Origin: Octopus vulgaris
Taxonomy: Eukaryota
Assembly: GCA_951406725.2 (NCBI GenBank)
Contig: OX597819.1
Coordinates: 4,030,001 to 4,094,000, forward strand
DNA: 64,000 bases
Direction: 5' to 3'
The translations under genes were made by a program, and so were the position numbers. Shown piece by piece: positions 40,895 through 52,908 of this stretch (the stretch's first letter is position 1; each line of letters begins with the position of its first letter). Below the pieces are notes generated by a model. That model was not told where the DNA came from and ran no database searches. It saw nothing but the letters and a program-made list of their open reading frames with translations.

Positions 40895-41395
40895 CTAGCT
40901 TAAGGTGACCCGCTCTACGCGCGGGTGAGGTTGTGGTTGTTACTTTTTGTTGCTTCCTTTCTGTTTCTTATCGCCACATTCTCCCTCTTTGTTTCTCTCT
41001 CCTTTCTCATTTTCCCACTCTCTTACTCTTCCTTTCTCTCGGACTTTCCTTGGCTTTCTCTTACTCTATATCTTTCTCTATCTCTCTGCCATTTATAAAA
41101 AAATTTAGATTTCCGCGTTTAAATTACAAAACCGCTTCCACTTTACCATGTTGAAAATTTGATTGAAATCGGGCAAAAGGTGCCGATCTAGACCACCAAG
41201 TGTCCCCCAAAATCAATAAAATCCCATGTTTCACACCAAAGCAACCATTGTAGCTCCACAAAACGTCTCCCAATCAATTTCCTCCCTCAAGTTATCCCCT
41301 CCTGTAAATTTGAATCCCCTTCCAACCCTATTTAGACCCCTTTTTACATAAAAATCCAATTTGTGTCTACGTTCGCCTTCATTTTATAGATAAGA
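40895..41395 (-). mobile_element. Non-autonomous Helitron-like element
   Basis: Minus strand begins A|TCTTATCTATAAAA and ends CTAG|T, with subterminal hairpin ACCCGC..GCGGGT. Confidence 0.7.
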
Positions 41396-41627
41396 TTAGA
41401 TGCCAATCGCGCCAATCTGGAGGGGCTGAGAGCCCCCTTGAATCTTCTCACCATAGCAAGCGCATCTTTCCAGATGGTGAGTTTTAACCTACTCAACTCT
41501 CTGCCTCATTACGCCTTCTATGCATGTGTCAATTATCAGTTCGATTTGACCACTGGTGTGCCACCAATCTCTGACGTAGCAAAACGTGCACACAATTTTG
41601 ACCCAAAGCCTCTTTTATATATTTAGA
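41396..41627 (-). mobile_element. Probable second short Helitron-like element, head-to-tail with its neighbours
   Basis: 5' end TCTAAATATATAAAAGAGG resembles the 52777 terminus; hairpin AGGGGCT/AGCCCCCT near the other end; terminal CTAG imperfect. Confidence 0.45.
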
Positions 41628-41798
41628 TAGCAGAGAAACCCGGTCTTGCTCGGGATTCAAATAGTTTATCATTGTTTTATTTGTTTCGGTATTATAACTC
41701 GATTTCATCTGAATCCTACTATATTTACTAACACTTTTGCCTGTATAACTGCTTGTGAGACAACGTCTGCCCTTTTCACAAATATGTAGTAGACTTAC

Positions 41799-41875
<77 letters not shown>

Positions 41876-42375
41876 CAGATATATACACTTTGTATATATA
41901 CATACTTATATATAGATACAGACACACACACACACATATATAAATTGACCCAATAAATATCTGATTCATAATATTTGTTCTCATGATTGTGTGGTGGTGG
42001 TTGTGGCGATAATAAAACTCTCTATGAATCCAGACAGACGTACAGAAAGAGAGAAAGGGCGGGGGGAAAGAGTGACAGAGCTGGGGAAAGATAGTAGTAG
42101 CTATCAAACGGCGTTACAGAGAGAAAGTGATGGGAAGGGAGGAAACAGAGAGAGATAGAGGAAGATATGCAGATAAGAGAATGAGAGGAGACTTATCAAA
42201 GTGTGCGTTTTTTGCCCTAGTGACCACACCTTTTAAGATAGGGATTTCTAACCTAGCCCACTCATCCTCACCTCATTTTACATGTCCCTGTAAATTTTGG
42301 AGTCAATCCGACGGGATCTAGTGCCCTTTAGTGCCAAAACCAGACAAACAAATTTTCTCATTTCAGATTTATAGA
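41628..42375 (-). mobile_element. Third Helitron-like element with internal (TA)n
   Basis: TAGCAG..CCCGGTCTTGCTCGGG matches the 52388 terminus; other end CAGACAAACA..TTTATAGAT. Confidence 0.6.
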
Positions 42376-42392
42376 TATTGATGTATGTATGT

Positions 42393-42926
42393 ACTACTGG
42401 TAACATGTAACCCAGTACAACCTGTTGCATGGTCGGGTCGTCGGCGACTAAACCGGCAACCTCACCAAGCTTGCTTGGTGAGGAGGGTGTTTATTGGACA
42501 CCGTGCAGGATGAAAAATAAAACCCGTCAAAGGGCGGAGGAACTCTTGAGAGTCAACGGCCATCCAATAAATGTCTTAAGGCTGTATCATGCGCGGGGCC
42601 ATAGAAATAATCGGACTGAATACCCGATCGCGCGGTTAAACCATTGGGAGTGAAGGACTCCTAGCCTTTGTTAGGGCATCCTTCTAGGAGAAGGTAACTC
42701 AGGTAACTGGGATAACTCCGAAATAAAACCTGCGGCTCAGTGGTTGCCGATGATGTTGACTTGTTCTCCTTTTCGGATTATGGCTGCTGTTCCTTAGTGA
42801 GTAGGATTGACTCAGTGCACAGCCTTTCCTCACTTTAAAAATATCTTCTTGCACAGGCATTGCATGATAACAACATTGATTAAGCTTCGTGCAATGGCCA
42901 TACTCGATAACAAGGGGCCATCCACC
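42393..42926 (+). mobile_element. Non-coding, probably RTE-derived short retroelement inserted in (ATGT)n
   Basis: GC-richer island flanked by ATGTATGTATGT on both sides; contains GGGCATCCTTCTAGGAGAAGG..ACTC..AAACC, resembling RTE 5' UTR motifs; strong hairpin CCTCACCAAGC/GCTTGGTGAGG. Confidence 0.6.
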
Positions 42927-42979
42927 ATGTATGTATGTATGTCTATATCAAGATTTAGGGAATGGTATAATAAAATCCG

Positions 42980-43063
42980 GGCTACATATGTCTCTTAGCT
43001 AGCAGAACTTCGGAAGTAGTAATTACTCAAACAAGGGGTACTCCACTAACTATTCATCAGGCC
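42980..43063 (-). ncRNA. Hammerhead ribozyme relic with long stem II (GAAA mutated to GAGA)
   Basis: Minus strand GGC - CUGAUGA - aUAGUUAGUGGA...UCUGCUAGCUAa - GAGA - CAUAUG - UA - GCC. Stem III is the palindrome ACAUAUGU. Confidence 0.5.
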
Positions 43064-43624
43064 AAAGATACCTTCATCAAATGAAGGTTACGTTGTCGTC
43101 AAAGGGATCCCATATTAAGTCGCAAGAAATTTGATATACCGCATTACTTAAATTTGGATTTTCATTCACATACAAGCAACCCCAACTCCTAACCATGAGC
43201 TATAAAATAACTTTTTTCAGCTTATCGAACATTCGATATGGGAAAAATTTACAATCTTCTACGTCAATAAATCACTGTTGTTCCTGAAAGTTGTTTTCTT
43301 ACCTGAAAGTTGTTTTCTCAAAGCTTACTAACTTCCTACACCTTGATCCTATATATATATATATATATGAGTGTGCGTGTGTGTATCGATTAAAGATATC
43401 AACAAAACAAACTCCTATTGCTTTACTGTAAATATTTGCCTTGAGACTTTTGCCTGCTGTTTTTAAAAAGAATGAAATCTTTCGCAGTCCCAAACACCTG
43501 GGAACTATTTTATAAGTGATTACAGCAGGGAATCTGAATTAGTCCCTCGTGTTTACAATAATATTACGAGAATAATATTTAATCTAAAATTTAAAATATT
43601 GCTTGCAAAATAAAATGTACTTGT

Positions 43625-43916
43625 TGCGACCCCCTTCGGTCACGACACTGACCATGGGATTGCATCTAGAAAGTTACCCTCCCAGGCACAAGTCCGGGCA
43701 AGGTTATTTATGGAAGACCAGCAGTCACCCATGCATACCGGCCTCCCCTCTCCACGCCACCTGTGTTATCCAAGGGAAAGGCAAAGGGGCCGATTCTACA
43801 GCCTAGTGAACTGGAGCAACGTGAAATAAAGTGTCATGCAGCCCGGTCCGGGATTCGAACTCACTACCTCACGATCGTAAGCTCGACGCTCTAACCACTG
43901 AGCCATGCGCCTTCAC
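43625..43916 (-). mobile_element. tRNA-headed SINE with partial V-like domain and RTE-like structured tail; 13-bp TSD
   Basis: Head GTGAAGGCGCATGGCTCAGTGGTTAGAGCG..GAGTTCGAATCCC; TSD AAAATGTACTTGT at 43612-43624 and 43917-43929. Confidence 0.9.
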
Positions 43917-45624
43917 AAAATGTACTTGTAATGCGTATTTAATGTAAACCTTAACATGGATATATAAACAGGAAGGAAAGGCAAAGTCCTTTACGCACTT
44001 ATTTTTCTCTTTGTGTATGGAACCTATATGTAGTCATTCAGTGTGTATATATTTAGATATAACAGTATTTTTCACAACGTCCTGAACGCAATATCATTTT
44101 AAATATTTGTTATGCGTTAAATCAAATATATTTACACGTATTTCTAAACTATTTTCGTAATCAATATGCGTTTGTATGGCAAAATTCTGCAGTTCAGTTA
44201 GTAGATTCCTAAAAGCGTACAAATATAACTTTATAACCGTGTATTTGTTGGGAGTAATCCAATGATATGTTGAGATGTCATTGAATTTTAGATCTTCTTA
44301 TAGCATATGTAAAAGAAACCATCCTGGTGGCAACTATCCATCTCCAAGTAAATACGTATAATTTGCACTGAAACTAACGCAAACCTCGCCAGCAACGCAT
44401 CGACAGATACGAGAAAAGAAATAGAACTTTTTGGCGAACGGCTTTACAGCAAACTGGGTGATTTGGCCAATGAAGGCTCACCTTCTTACAAATATTTCAT
44501 ATTATAAATTCGAATAATAATTCAAATATTGTTCTCTGTATTGATTAACTACAATATTCTTGTCCTCATTCTTTTCTGTGTGAATACATCTAAAACTATC
44601 GTCAATAGAGATTCATAAAGCATTTAAAGATTGAGCCGCAGACAAAACAAATACATTTTTTTAGTCATTTTATAGAACACAAACTAACGTCTATTTTTTA
44701 AACTACAGCAATCTTTTGTAGACTTACTGTGGCGCCTGTTTTTATTCCAAGCTTTCGGTTATCGTATTTCTCATTATATTCATTTAATTCATATTATGAA
44801 TTGTTAAACAAAAAATGATAATAGAGAAAAATGTTTTGAACCAACAACCCCTACCCACAAAAACAAAGAGCTACTATGGTCAACACTAAGATCTGTGATG
44901 GAATAACAAATATATACAGAGGGCGATGCAATAAAAAATCGATACAATCAACAGTGACTGCGTGGCCAATGATTGATGGTTTTGGTGCAGATTCCATACA
45001 CTTTTAGATCGAATTTCGTTTAATATCTGAAATATAAATTACTAGTACCACCAAAGTATCAGCGTATTTGTGATGATGGAATGAGATGCCAGCTTTGAGG
45101 TCATGTGACAAAGGTATGTTGTAAACAAAGTCGACTCTTACAATATAATAGACCCATTAGGGCTCCAGTAATCTTGACCCATCGTTGAATTATTCAGCTT
45201 TGGGATTTTCAGGCGTTATACTTCCTGTATTTGGAAAATTATAAAATACATTTTATAATTTCAAACGGAGAAAATATTTAGAGGAAAATATTTAGTGGAT
45301 TTCTCTTACTACAAATCTCATAGAAGTTTAATAATAACGTTTCACTTGGAAACAACCTTGCTAGTTACTGTGATATATGTATAGTCCCTAAACGCTCATT
45401 GTGTCATTGTATCGATGTTTTTTAGATAGGCTATAATATACATACAAGTTATTGTGGCGGCAACAGACATTGATGCTCATATTGCAGCTAGGTTTATTGA
45501 TATTGGAAAGCACGATCCTTATTAATTCAGAATAATTGTCTGTCGAGAAGTTTTGAGAATCAGAACAAACTAAGACTATTCTCAAAATCCACAAAATTCT
45601 ATAAAGCAGGGATTGTTCTTTTTT

Positions 45625-45920
45625 ATCTTTTATTATTTACTTGTCAAAATCATTGGACTGCAGCCATACAGGAGCATAGTCTTGAAGGATTCACTCGAAC
45701 AAATCGCCTCAGTTCATATTTTTAAGCCTGGTACTAATTTTATCGGTCCCTTAAGCAGAACCTTTAAGTTGCGGGAACATAAACAAACCAACACCGGTTG
45801 TTAAGCGTTGGTGAGGGACAACCACGAACATGAAGACACAGAACACAGACAGAGATATATACGCTCCGGGGTTATAATAGAAGACATTTACCCAAAGTAC
45901 CACCCTGTCGGACTGAGCCC
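45625..45920 (-). mobile_element. Old degenerate family A SINE
   Basis: TTTACTTGTC..GACTGCAGCCAT..GGAGCA; ATAGAAGACATTTACCCAAAGTACCAC..GGACTGAGCCC. Confidence 0.65.
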
Positions 45921-45924
45921 ATTA

Positions 45925-46975
45925 AAATTCATTACCTAAAGTTTTTCCGTGTTCCTTTCAATCATTTTGGAGCATAAACACCCATAGCAAACAAGTTTCT
46001 TGTTCAATATCTTTACCAGTTATTTCATTAAGCTAAGCTTCGATTGTAATGGTGTAAGGAGTATTTTTTCTCACTCAGCCAAAACAGTTCATTGAGAACA
46101 TTTTCTGATATATTTTGTCAAAGACCACTCATAATTTCTCTCATTAGTAATCTTTGGCTCTAGTCTCCCAAAGACAGAAGAAAAAAATAACAGTGATTTT
46201 ATTTCACCCTTTCACTGGTCAAGAAGAAATTTTATCACCTTTAGATTCATGCAAATTACCAATTGATGACTTAACAGTGGACATACTTCCTAATTTTGTA
46301 TGATATGAATATCAAAGTTTATTACCATCACAAAAATTTAGATCGATTCCTGAAAAGCATAGTAATTTAAGTGAAGAGCAAGGGGAAAGATTTCATGAGA
46401 GTATAAAAACAAAGGCAAAAAGGTATGAGGAAAGGTGGGATGCACACATGATAGCAGATTACTTTGGGCCATTTAGCAGAAAGACTGATCTAGCAAATCT
46501 CCCTCTAGAAAGTTCTATAATAAACTTTTCATATGTTGAATATCTGATCATTATTTACAAGTAAACATGAATACTTTATATTTACTTCTATGTTACAATT
46601 ACTATCGACTCTAATGTTGCTGATATTTTTGTTAACATAACTGATAATGAATTAATGAATGTTGATAAACAAACCTGAGGCTATTTTTTCTAATTGTAGC
46701 CCCAAATATTTCCAAGAATATGTTTAACCTTTCAGCTATCTATAAATATAAGGGGGTCACTGGGATCGCTTACTGCGTGTTCTTGGAGAAGCAACTTACC
46801 ACTTTATATGATGATGATTCGAACGGTTACATCATCATATGAAAGGGGGTGCAGCATCTTCAAAACTATAACGGGTGCAGCATAACCGGTACCAAATTTA
46901 AAATCAGCACCCCGAAAACACTCGAGAATAAGTCTAACATTCAAGGCATTAGAACCGTTTTTTTTTCTCTTTGTA
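45925..46975. pseudogene. Rearranged Chapaev(3)-like DNA transposon relic
   Basis: Minus strand near 46000-46070 reads EKILLTPLQSKLSLMK*LVKILNK (cf. LPPLHIKLGLMKQFVKAL). Plus strand near 46370-46465 reads SEEQGERFHESIKTKAKRYEERWDAHMIADYF. Confidence 0.7.
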
Positions 46976-47350
46976 ATGTAATGGAAGCAACAAAAGAAGG
47001 TTAGTGGTATAATAACAACTAATAAAAAAAATACTAGAGTTGTGCTATAGTTGTGAGTCTCTTTGACAGATTCTGTTATGAGAATGAGAATAAAAATAAA
47101 GGATTATGTAACGTAAGATCTTTTTTCCTTTTAACACGCCCAAATATTCAGTTGTTTTGCCTTTTTTCTTTAAAATTTAGCACTAAAGTGTGAGTATCTT
47201 CTGTACCCTTATAACGAAATAAGAATTGTGAAGTAATAAAACTGGAGCTTTGGCTTCACTCGGTAATTGAAACCATTCCTTGGAATGGAACTGCCGCAGT
47301 CATATCATCTTCTACAATGCTGGTCACAACATACCGATATATTTTAAATT

Positions 47351-47584
47351 TAAGGCGGCGAGCTGGCAGAAACGTTAGCACGCCGGGCGAAATGCGTAGC
47401 CGTATTTCGTCTGCTGCTACGTTCTGAGTTCAAATTCCGCCGAGGTCGACTTTGCCTTTCATCCTTTCGGGGTCGATAAATTAAGTACCAGTTACGAACT
47501 GGGGTCGATGTAATCGACTTAATACCTATGTCTGTCCTTGTTTGTTCCCTCTGTGTTTAGCCCCTTGTGGGTAATAAAGAAATA
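47351..47584 (+). mobile_element. Family B SINE, full length, 15-bp TSD
   Basis: TSD GATATATTTTAAATT at 47336-47350 and 47585-47599. Confidence 0.95.
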
Positions 47585-49538
47585 GATATATTTTAAATTG
47601 ACCACTATCTACAAATTATTACTACTATAATAGTCTAGATTATTGCTCTCATCCAGAAGTTACTTATGATGAATTAACGTACTACACCCAAACTATTAAA
47701 AACATATTAAGTTTTCCAGCGATATTTTCGGTCTGATAGACTAAGACAATAACCACAAAATATATCTTTATATTAAATACGCAAACAGTAGTAGAATCTG
47801 AGAAAAAATAACTCTAAAGAAAGTAATTATCAGCATTTATTTATTGAGGCAGTAAATACTTTAAAATTATATTTTACAATAAAGTTTCAATTCAGTTCTA
47901 CCCCCAGTCAGACAATAAACCGCCTTCAACGCAAAACAGAAAATACACGAGAGAATAAAGTTAATAGCTCAATTAACACAAACAAGTTTTTACAAATAAA
48001 ATATGGGGATTAAAAAAGAAACATGCTTTTAGTTCTTTATTCAGTTCGATAGTGATCGACAAGAGCAGAGTTCATTTGATGGCTGACATTCAAACGCAAT
48101 GTCAATCCTTAATAACAATCCATGCACGCCTTTCAGTTCATAAAAGCATGTATTACTATAACTTAGAAGCAACATTATTTCCCCCCAAACGCCCACATGT
48201 ACTGACTTCCGACTCCTTCGCTGTCACGATACAGCTTATTTTCATTTTTGAAAAAGATAATGGAGAATATTCCTCACTTTGCAGTCATGTGTTCGTCAAA
48301 TAAATCGACACTCTCTATAGCTTTCTTGTCATCTCAAGTCATTAGATAAAAATTTAAAATATTGTCAATACTATAATTTCAAAAACTAATAAACCTAACG
48401 CAAAGATTAAAAGCAATTTTCGTAACTGAAACAATTGATTAACTCCTTTTTTCATTTGATATTCAAATTTGAAACTTTCAGTAGCATATTAAAACATTCA
48501 TCACTTCTCTTTTTTATGCAGCACAAAAGGATCGAATAAATATTTATTTATTTGAACAGTTTACAAAGCAAGTTGCTCTCGGTATTTCTTCTTTGGTTGA
48601 TATAAAAGATTTACGATGAAATATTTCAAAACGTCAAAATGTCATTTACAAGGTCAAAGAGGGGAACATTTCTGCAAGTCTGTTTTCTTTTTTATGGAAT
48701 TCTACTTTTAGATTGATCTTCAAAGCAAATAGCTTTACTTTCTGTTTTACAAGATAAACGATACTCATAGATATTCAATCTAGTTTTTATAAGCGAACTT
48801 TAGTCTCGATACAAGCGTTGAAGATAATGTTTGGCATCGTAAAACCTCTACGTGCTAATATAATGTGCTAGAAATAGCTGCCAAATCTCCTTCAAATTAT
48901 ACGCGTACCACCTTAAAAAGAGACACTTTAGATATGTGTAGGTTGCACTTGGCTGTGCCTGAAATATAAAAGATGGCTGCCATGCTACAGAGCTGACCTG
49001 GATTTAAGCAACAATAGCAACAGCCTGAAAAAGTGAAAAAAAAGGTAGGTTGATTCTGAAATGATTCGCATAAAAATGTCAAAAACGACATTTACTATTA
49101 TTTTAAATGCAAGGGTTTATGCCGAATAATTATAGTATTAGTTCAAATTCCCAGAAGATGAGTCTTACTATGTATTAAAAAAGAATATTCATAAAATTTG
49201 GTTCTATTCTGCTTTTATTATAATGGATTCTATTTGCTATATTTTAACTGTCTTAGTCATACACTACGTATTTAGTTCTCACATATATTCTAGTTCATAT
49301 ATATATATATATGTGTGTGTGTGTGCATGTGCGTTTTACAGAAGCAACTTTAAATTAAACTGAAGGGTTACTCAATACATTTGGCACAGTACGGATTTAT
49401 TATTCGTTAACAATATTAGCACTAACCGTGATTTCGAAGATTCGGGAAACTAAGCTATTGTTGGATTATATCTATACATACATGCATACATACATACACA
49501 CATATATATATGTGTGTGTATATATGTGTGTATATTTA

Positions 49539-49569
<31 letters not shown>

Positions 49570-49751
49570 TAATAAATAAAATAAAACATATGCATATATA
49601 TAAACATATATGTACGTACCTACCTCTACATGTACATATACACGCATATATGAGTACAGGACACCAAAAGGACGTCGAACACAATGAGAAACGAAAACAT
49701 AGACACAAACCAAAGGAACTGTATATATATGTGTATGTATGTATATATATA

Positions 49752-49899
49752 TCAAAAATGAAAATAAGCTGTATCGTGACAGCGAAGGAGTCGGAAGTCA
49801 GTACATGTGGGCGTTTGGGGGAAATAATGTTGCTTCTAAGTTATAATACATGCTTTTATGAACTGAAAGGCGTGCATGGATTGTTATTAAGGATTGACA
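49752..49899. repeat. Inverted duplicate of otherwise unique sequence 48100-48251
   Basis: Reverse-complement match apart from one 3-bp and one 1-bp indel. Confidence 0.95.
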
Positions 49900-50530
49900 G
49901 GCGCAGTAGTGGGTGTGTGGTAAGTAGCTTGCTTACCAACCACATGGTTCCGGGTTCATTCCCACTGCGTGGCACCTTGGGCAAGTATCTTCTACATAAC
50001 CTCGGGCCGACCAAGACCTTGTGAGTGGATTTGGTAGACGGAAACTGAAAGAAGCCCGTCGTATATATGTATATATATGTATGTGTGTATATGTTTGTGT
50101 GTCTATATAAATATATATAGGCGCAGGAGTGGCTGTGTGGTAAGTGGCTTGTTTAGCAACCACATGGTTGCGGGTTCAGTCCCACTGCGTGGCACCTTGG
50201 GCATGTGTCTTCTACTATAGCCTCGGGCCGACCAAAGCCTTGTGAGTGGATTTGGTAGACGGAAACTGAAAGAAGCCCGTCGTATATATGTATATATATA
50301 TATGTGCGTGTGTGTGTTTGTGTGTCTGTGTTTGCCCCCTAGCATTACTTGACAACCGATGCTGGTGTGTTTATGTCCCCGTTACTTAGCGGTTCGGCAA
50401 AGAGACCGATAGAATAAGTACAGGGCTTACAAAAGAATAAGTCCCGGGGTCGAGTTGCTCGATTAAAGGCGGTGCTCCAGCATAGCCGCAGTCAAATGAC
50501 TGAAACAAGTAGAAGAGTAAAAAGAGAGTA
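49899..50530 (+). mobile_element. Family A SINE 5' half (49899-50061) followed by a full-length copy (50119-50530)
   Basis: Two heads AGGCGCAG(T/G)AGTGG..GTGTGGTAAGT; single 3' tail. Confidence 0.9.
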
Positions 50531-50544
50531 AAGACACACATATA

Positions 50545-50592
<48 letters not shown>

Positions 50593-50619
50593 CATATATA
50601 TATGTGTGTCTTTACTCTC

Positions 50620-50625
<6 letters not shown>
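50518..50625. repeat. Near-perfect palindrome centred on (TA)n
   Basis: 36-bp arm TAAAAAGAGAGTAAAGACACACATATATATATGTAT and its exact reverse complement at 50590-50625. Confidence 0.9.
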
Positions 50626-50663
<38 letters not shown>

Positions 50664-51194
50664 TATATTTATATATGTATGTATATATATATATACATAT
50701 ACATGCACATATACAACATATGAATTCCTCTGTTACATACTAAACTTTTGACTTTTGTAATGGCGAGAAGTTTGTTGAGGCGTTTTCCCTGTAATTCTGT
50801 TTATGAGCGAAAATTATTTTTGTACAATGCATTGCATTTGTATAAGAAGATAGGTTTAGCAGCTGCAAATTGAATTCGTTCTGTATTATTGGCGCTTGAA
50901 ATCTTGCGGAATTTTCTGGAAACAAATTTTGTAAGACTGTCAGTAATTGTTTGTTACTATTCCGAAATGTTTGCGCAATTTTCATGTAATTATGATAAAA
51001 GGCAGATTCTTCTTGTTATTTTGTAGGAGAATGTTGATTTTTTAGTGATAATGATTGTGCTGATAGTAGCTTAGAAAATTTCAGAATTGCATTTATGCGG
51101 TTAAGTCTATCGACTTTACTATCTATCATGTTTATGAAACAGTACAGTGCGCAAATACCTCTCTACACTTGCATTTTTTTCTCTCTAGATATCT

Positions 51195-51603
51195 TTATCT
51201 TTTATAATTTACTTGTTTCAGTCATTAGACTGCGGCCATGCGGGAGCACCACCTTGAGGAATTTTAGTTGAACTAATTGACCCCAGTACTTTTTCTTTTT
51301 TAAGCCGGCTGCTCATTCTATCGGTGTCTTTTGCCAAACCACTAACTTACTGGGACGTAAACACACCAACACCAGTTGTGAATCGGTGGCAGGGTCACGC
51401 ACGTACACACACACACACACACACTCTCTCACACACACATGATGGCTTTCTTTCAGTTTCCGTCTACCAATTCCACTCACAAGACTTTGTTCGAGCCGAG
51501 GCTACAGTAAAAGACACTTGCCAATGGTGACACGCAGTGAGAGTGAACCCGAAACCATGTAGCAGGGAGGCAAACTTCTTGCCATGCAACCACGCCGGAG
51601 CCT
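51195..51603 (-). mobile_element. Diverged family A SINE
   Basis: TTTACTTGTTTCAGTCATTAGACTGCGGCCATGC..TTTCAGTTTCCGTCTACCAA. Confidence 0.85.
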
Positions 51604-51783
51604 ATTTATTTATTTATTTATTTATTTATCTAGTTTCAGCTCACAAGCTGTGGCCATGCTGGGGCACCGCCATTGTCGATGATATATCCTCATACTTACT
51701 TCTTCTCGTGAGATGTTAGTCTACATTATCTGACGGTCAAATAGACTATGAAATGGAAGGTCAGGATATCCGCTCTTTTTCTC

Positions 51784-51915
<132 letters not shown>

Positions 51916-52387
51916 CTGCTTGATTTTTGTCTCAAAGTTTTAGAATAGTTTTCCATTAACACCACCTTCCACTGGAAAGCTACCTGCATAATTATTTATG
52001 TATTACAGCTGATCGCTACCATGAAAAGCCAAGGGATGAAATCTCCCGTTCAAACAAGAGATGCAGCGAAGGAGAAGAAAAGCCAATACCAAGCATTTCC
52101 AAAGGGTTGCAACCCTTACTCAGTCACATACCTGGTGATGAACTTTAAAAGAAGGCGCTCGCGTTCTCGTTAGAGGTGTGAGTGTTATAACACACGTAGC
52201 ATGTAACAAATCTGATGGGTTTTATCTCTAGAGCAGTACTTGTAAGCTGTTCAAAAACGTTTTAAAGTATAACTTCTTTTCTTAAAGAAAAAATAACATT
52301 TGGAAAGCGGCATAATGTAGATATTATGGTAACCATTATCGAAATGCCGGAAGTTTGAGGTTACCGAAGGCTTTTATTATAAATAAA

Positions 52388-52777
52388 CTAGCAGTATCGC
52401 CCGGCGTTGCTCGGGTTTGTAAGGGAAATAACTATATAAGCATTTTTAGAGAGTTATAGCCAAAAAATAGCAAAAAAATGCATTATAAATGGGAAAAAAA
52501 TTATGGTAATTTTTTTTAAAAATCGTTGACTCATCGTAGACATTTTTAGAGAGTTACTTCCCTTATATAATAGCGAAAAAAATGCATTAAAATGGAAAAA
52601 ATGATGGTATTTTTTTTTAAATCGTAGACTCATCGTCTAATACCCAGAAGGGCTCGATATGAATCACGACTATAAGATACCCGGTTTTGGTTAAACTGCA
52701 CCGCAAAATGTGGGAGTAGTTAGGAATCTAAATTGTAGGAGACAGACAGCACACAACCTCTCTTTTATATATAAAGA
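52388..52777 (-). mobile_element. Non-autonomous Helitron with canonical termini
   Basis: Minus strand A|TCTTTATATATAAAAG...CCCGAGCAACGCCGGG (hairpin)..CTGCTAG|T; no TSD; internal ~100-bp tandem duplication. Confidence 0.85.
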
Positions 52778-52844
52778 TAATCCTGACATCAACAGCGGAC
52801 AAGTGTTGTGGTGCTAAGTGGATAATATTATAAAACTAGTAACT

Positions 52845-52908
52845 TGTCACAACCTTCCTCTGCACATTGCGCATGTCACAACCTTCCTCTGCCCATTGCG
52901 CATGTCAA
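52845..52908. repeat. 29-bp tandem repeat, about 2.2 copies
   Basis: TGTCACAACCTTCCTCTGC(A/C)CATTGCGCA occurs twice. Confidence 0.9.

Noticed and set aside
43650-43730. HDV- or twister-like fold in the SINE tail (minus strand)
   Set aside because: P1/P3-like helices exist, but there is no J4/2 catalytic C or P2 partner; better explained as a hairpin-rich LINE-derived tail.
43845-43916. tRNA gene (also 11400-11474 and about 37568-37660)
   Set aside because: A/B boxes are present but there is no complete acceptor stem; the first two continue into SINE bodies, one with a TSD.
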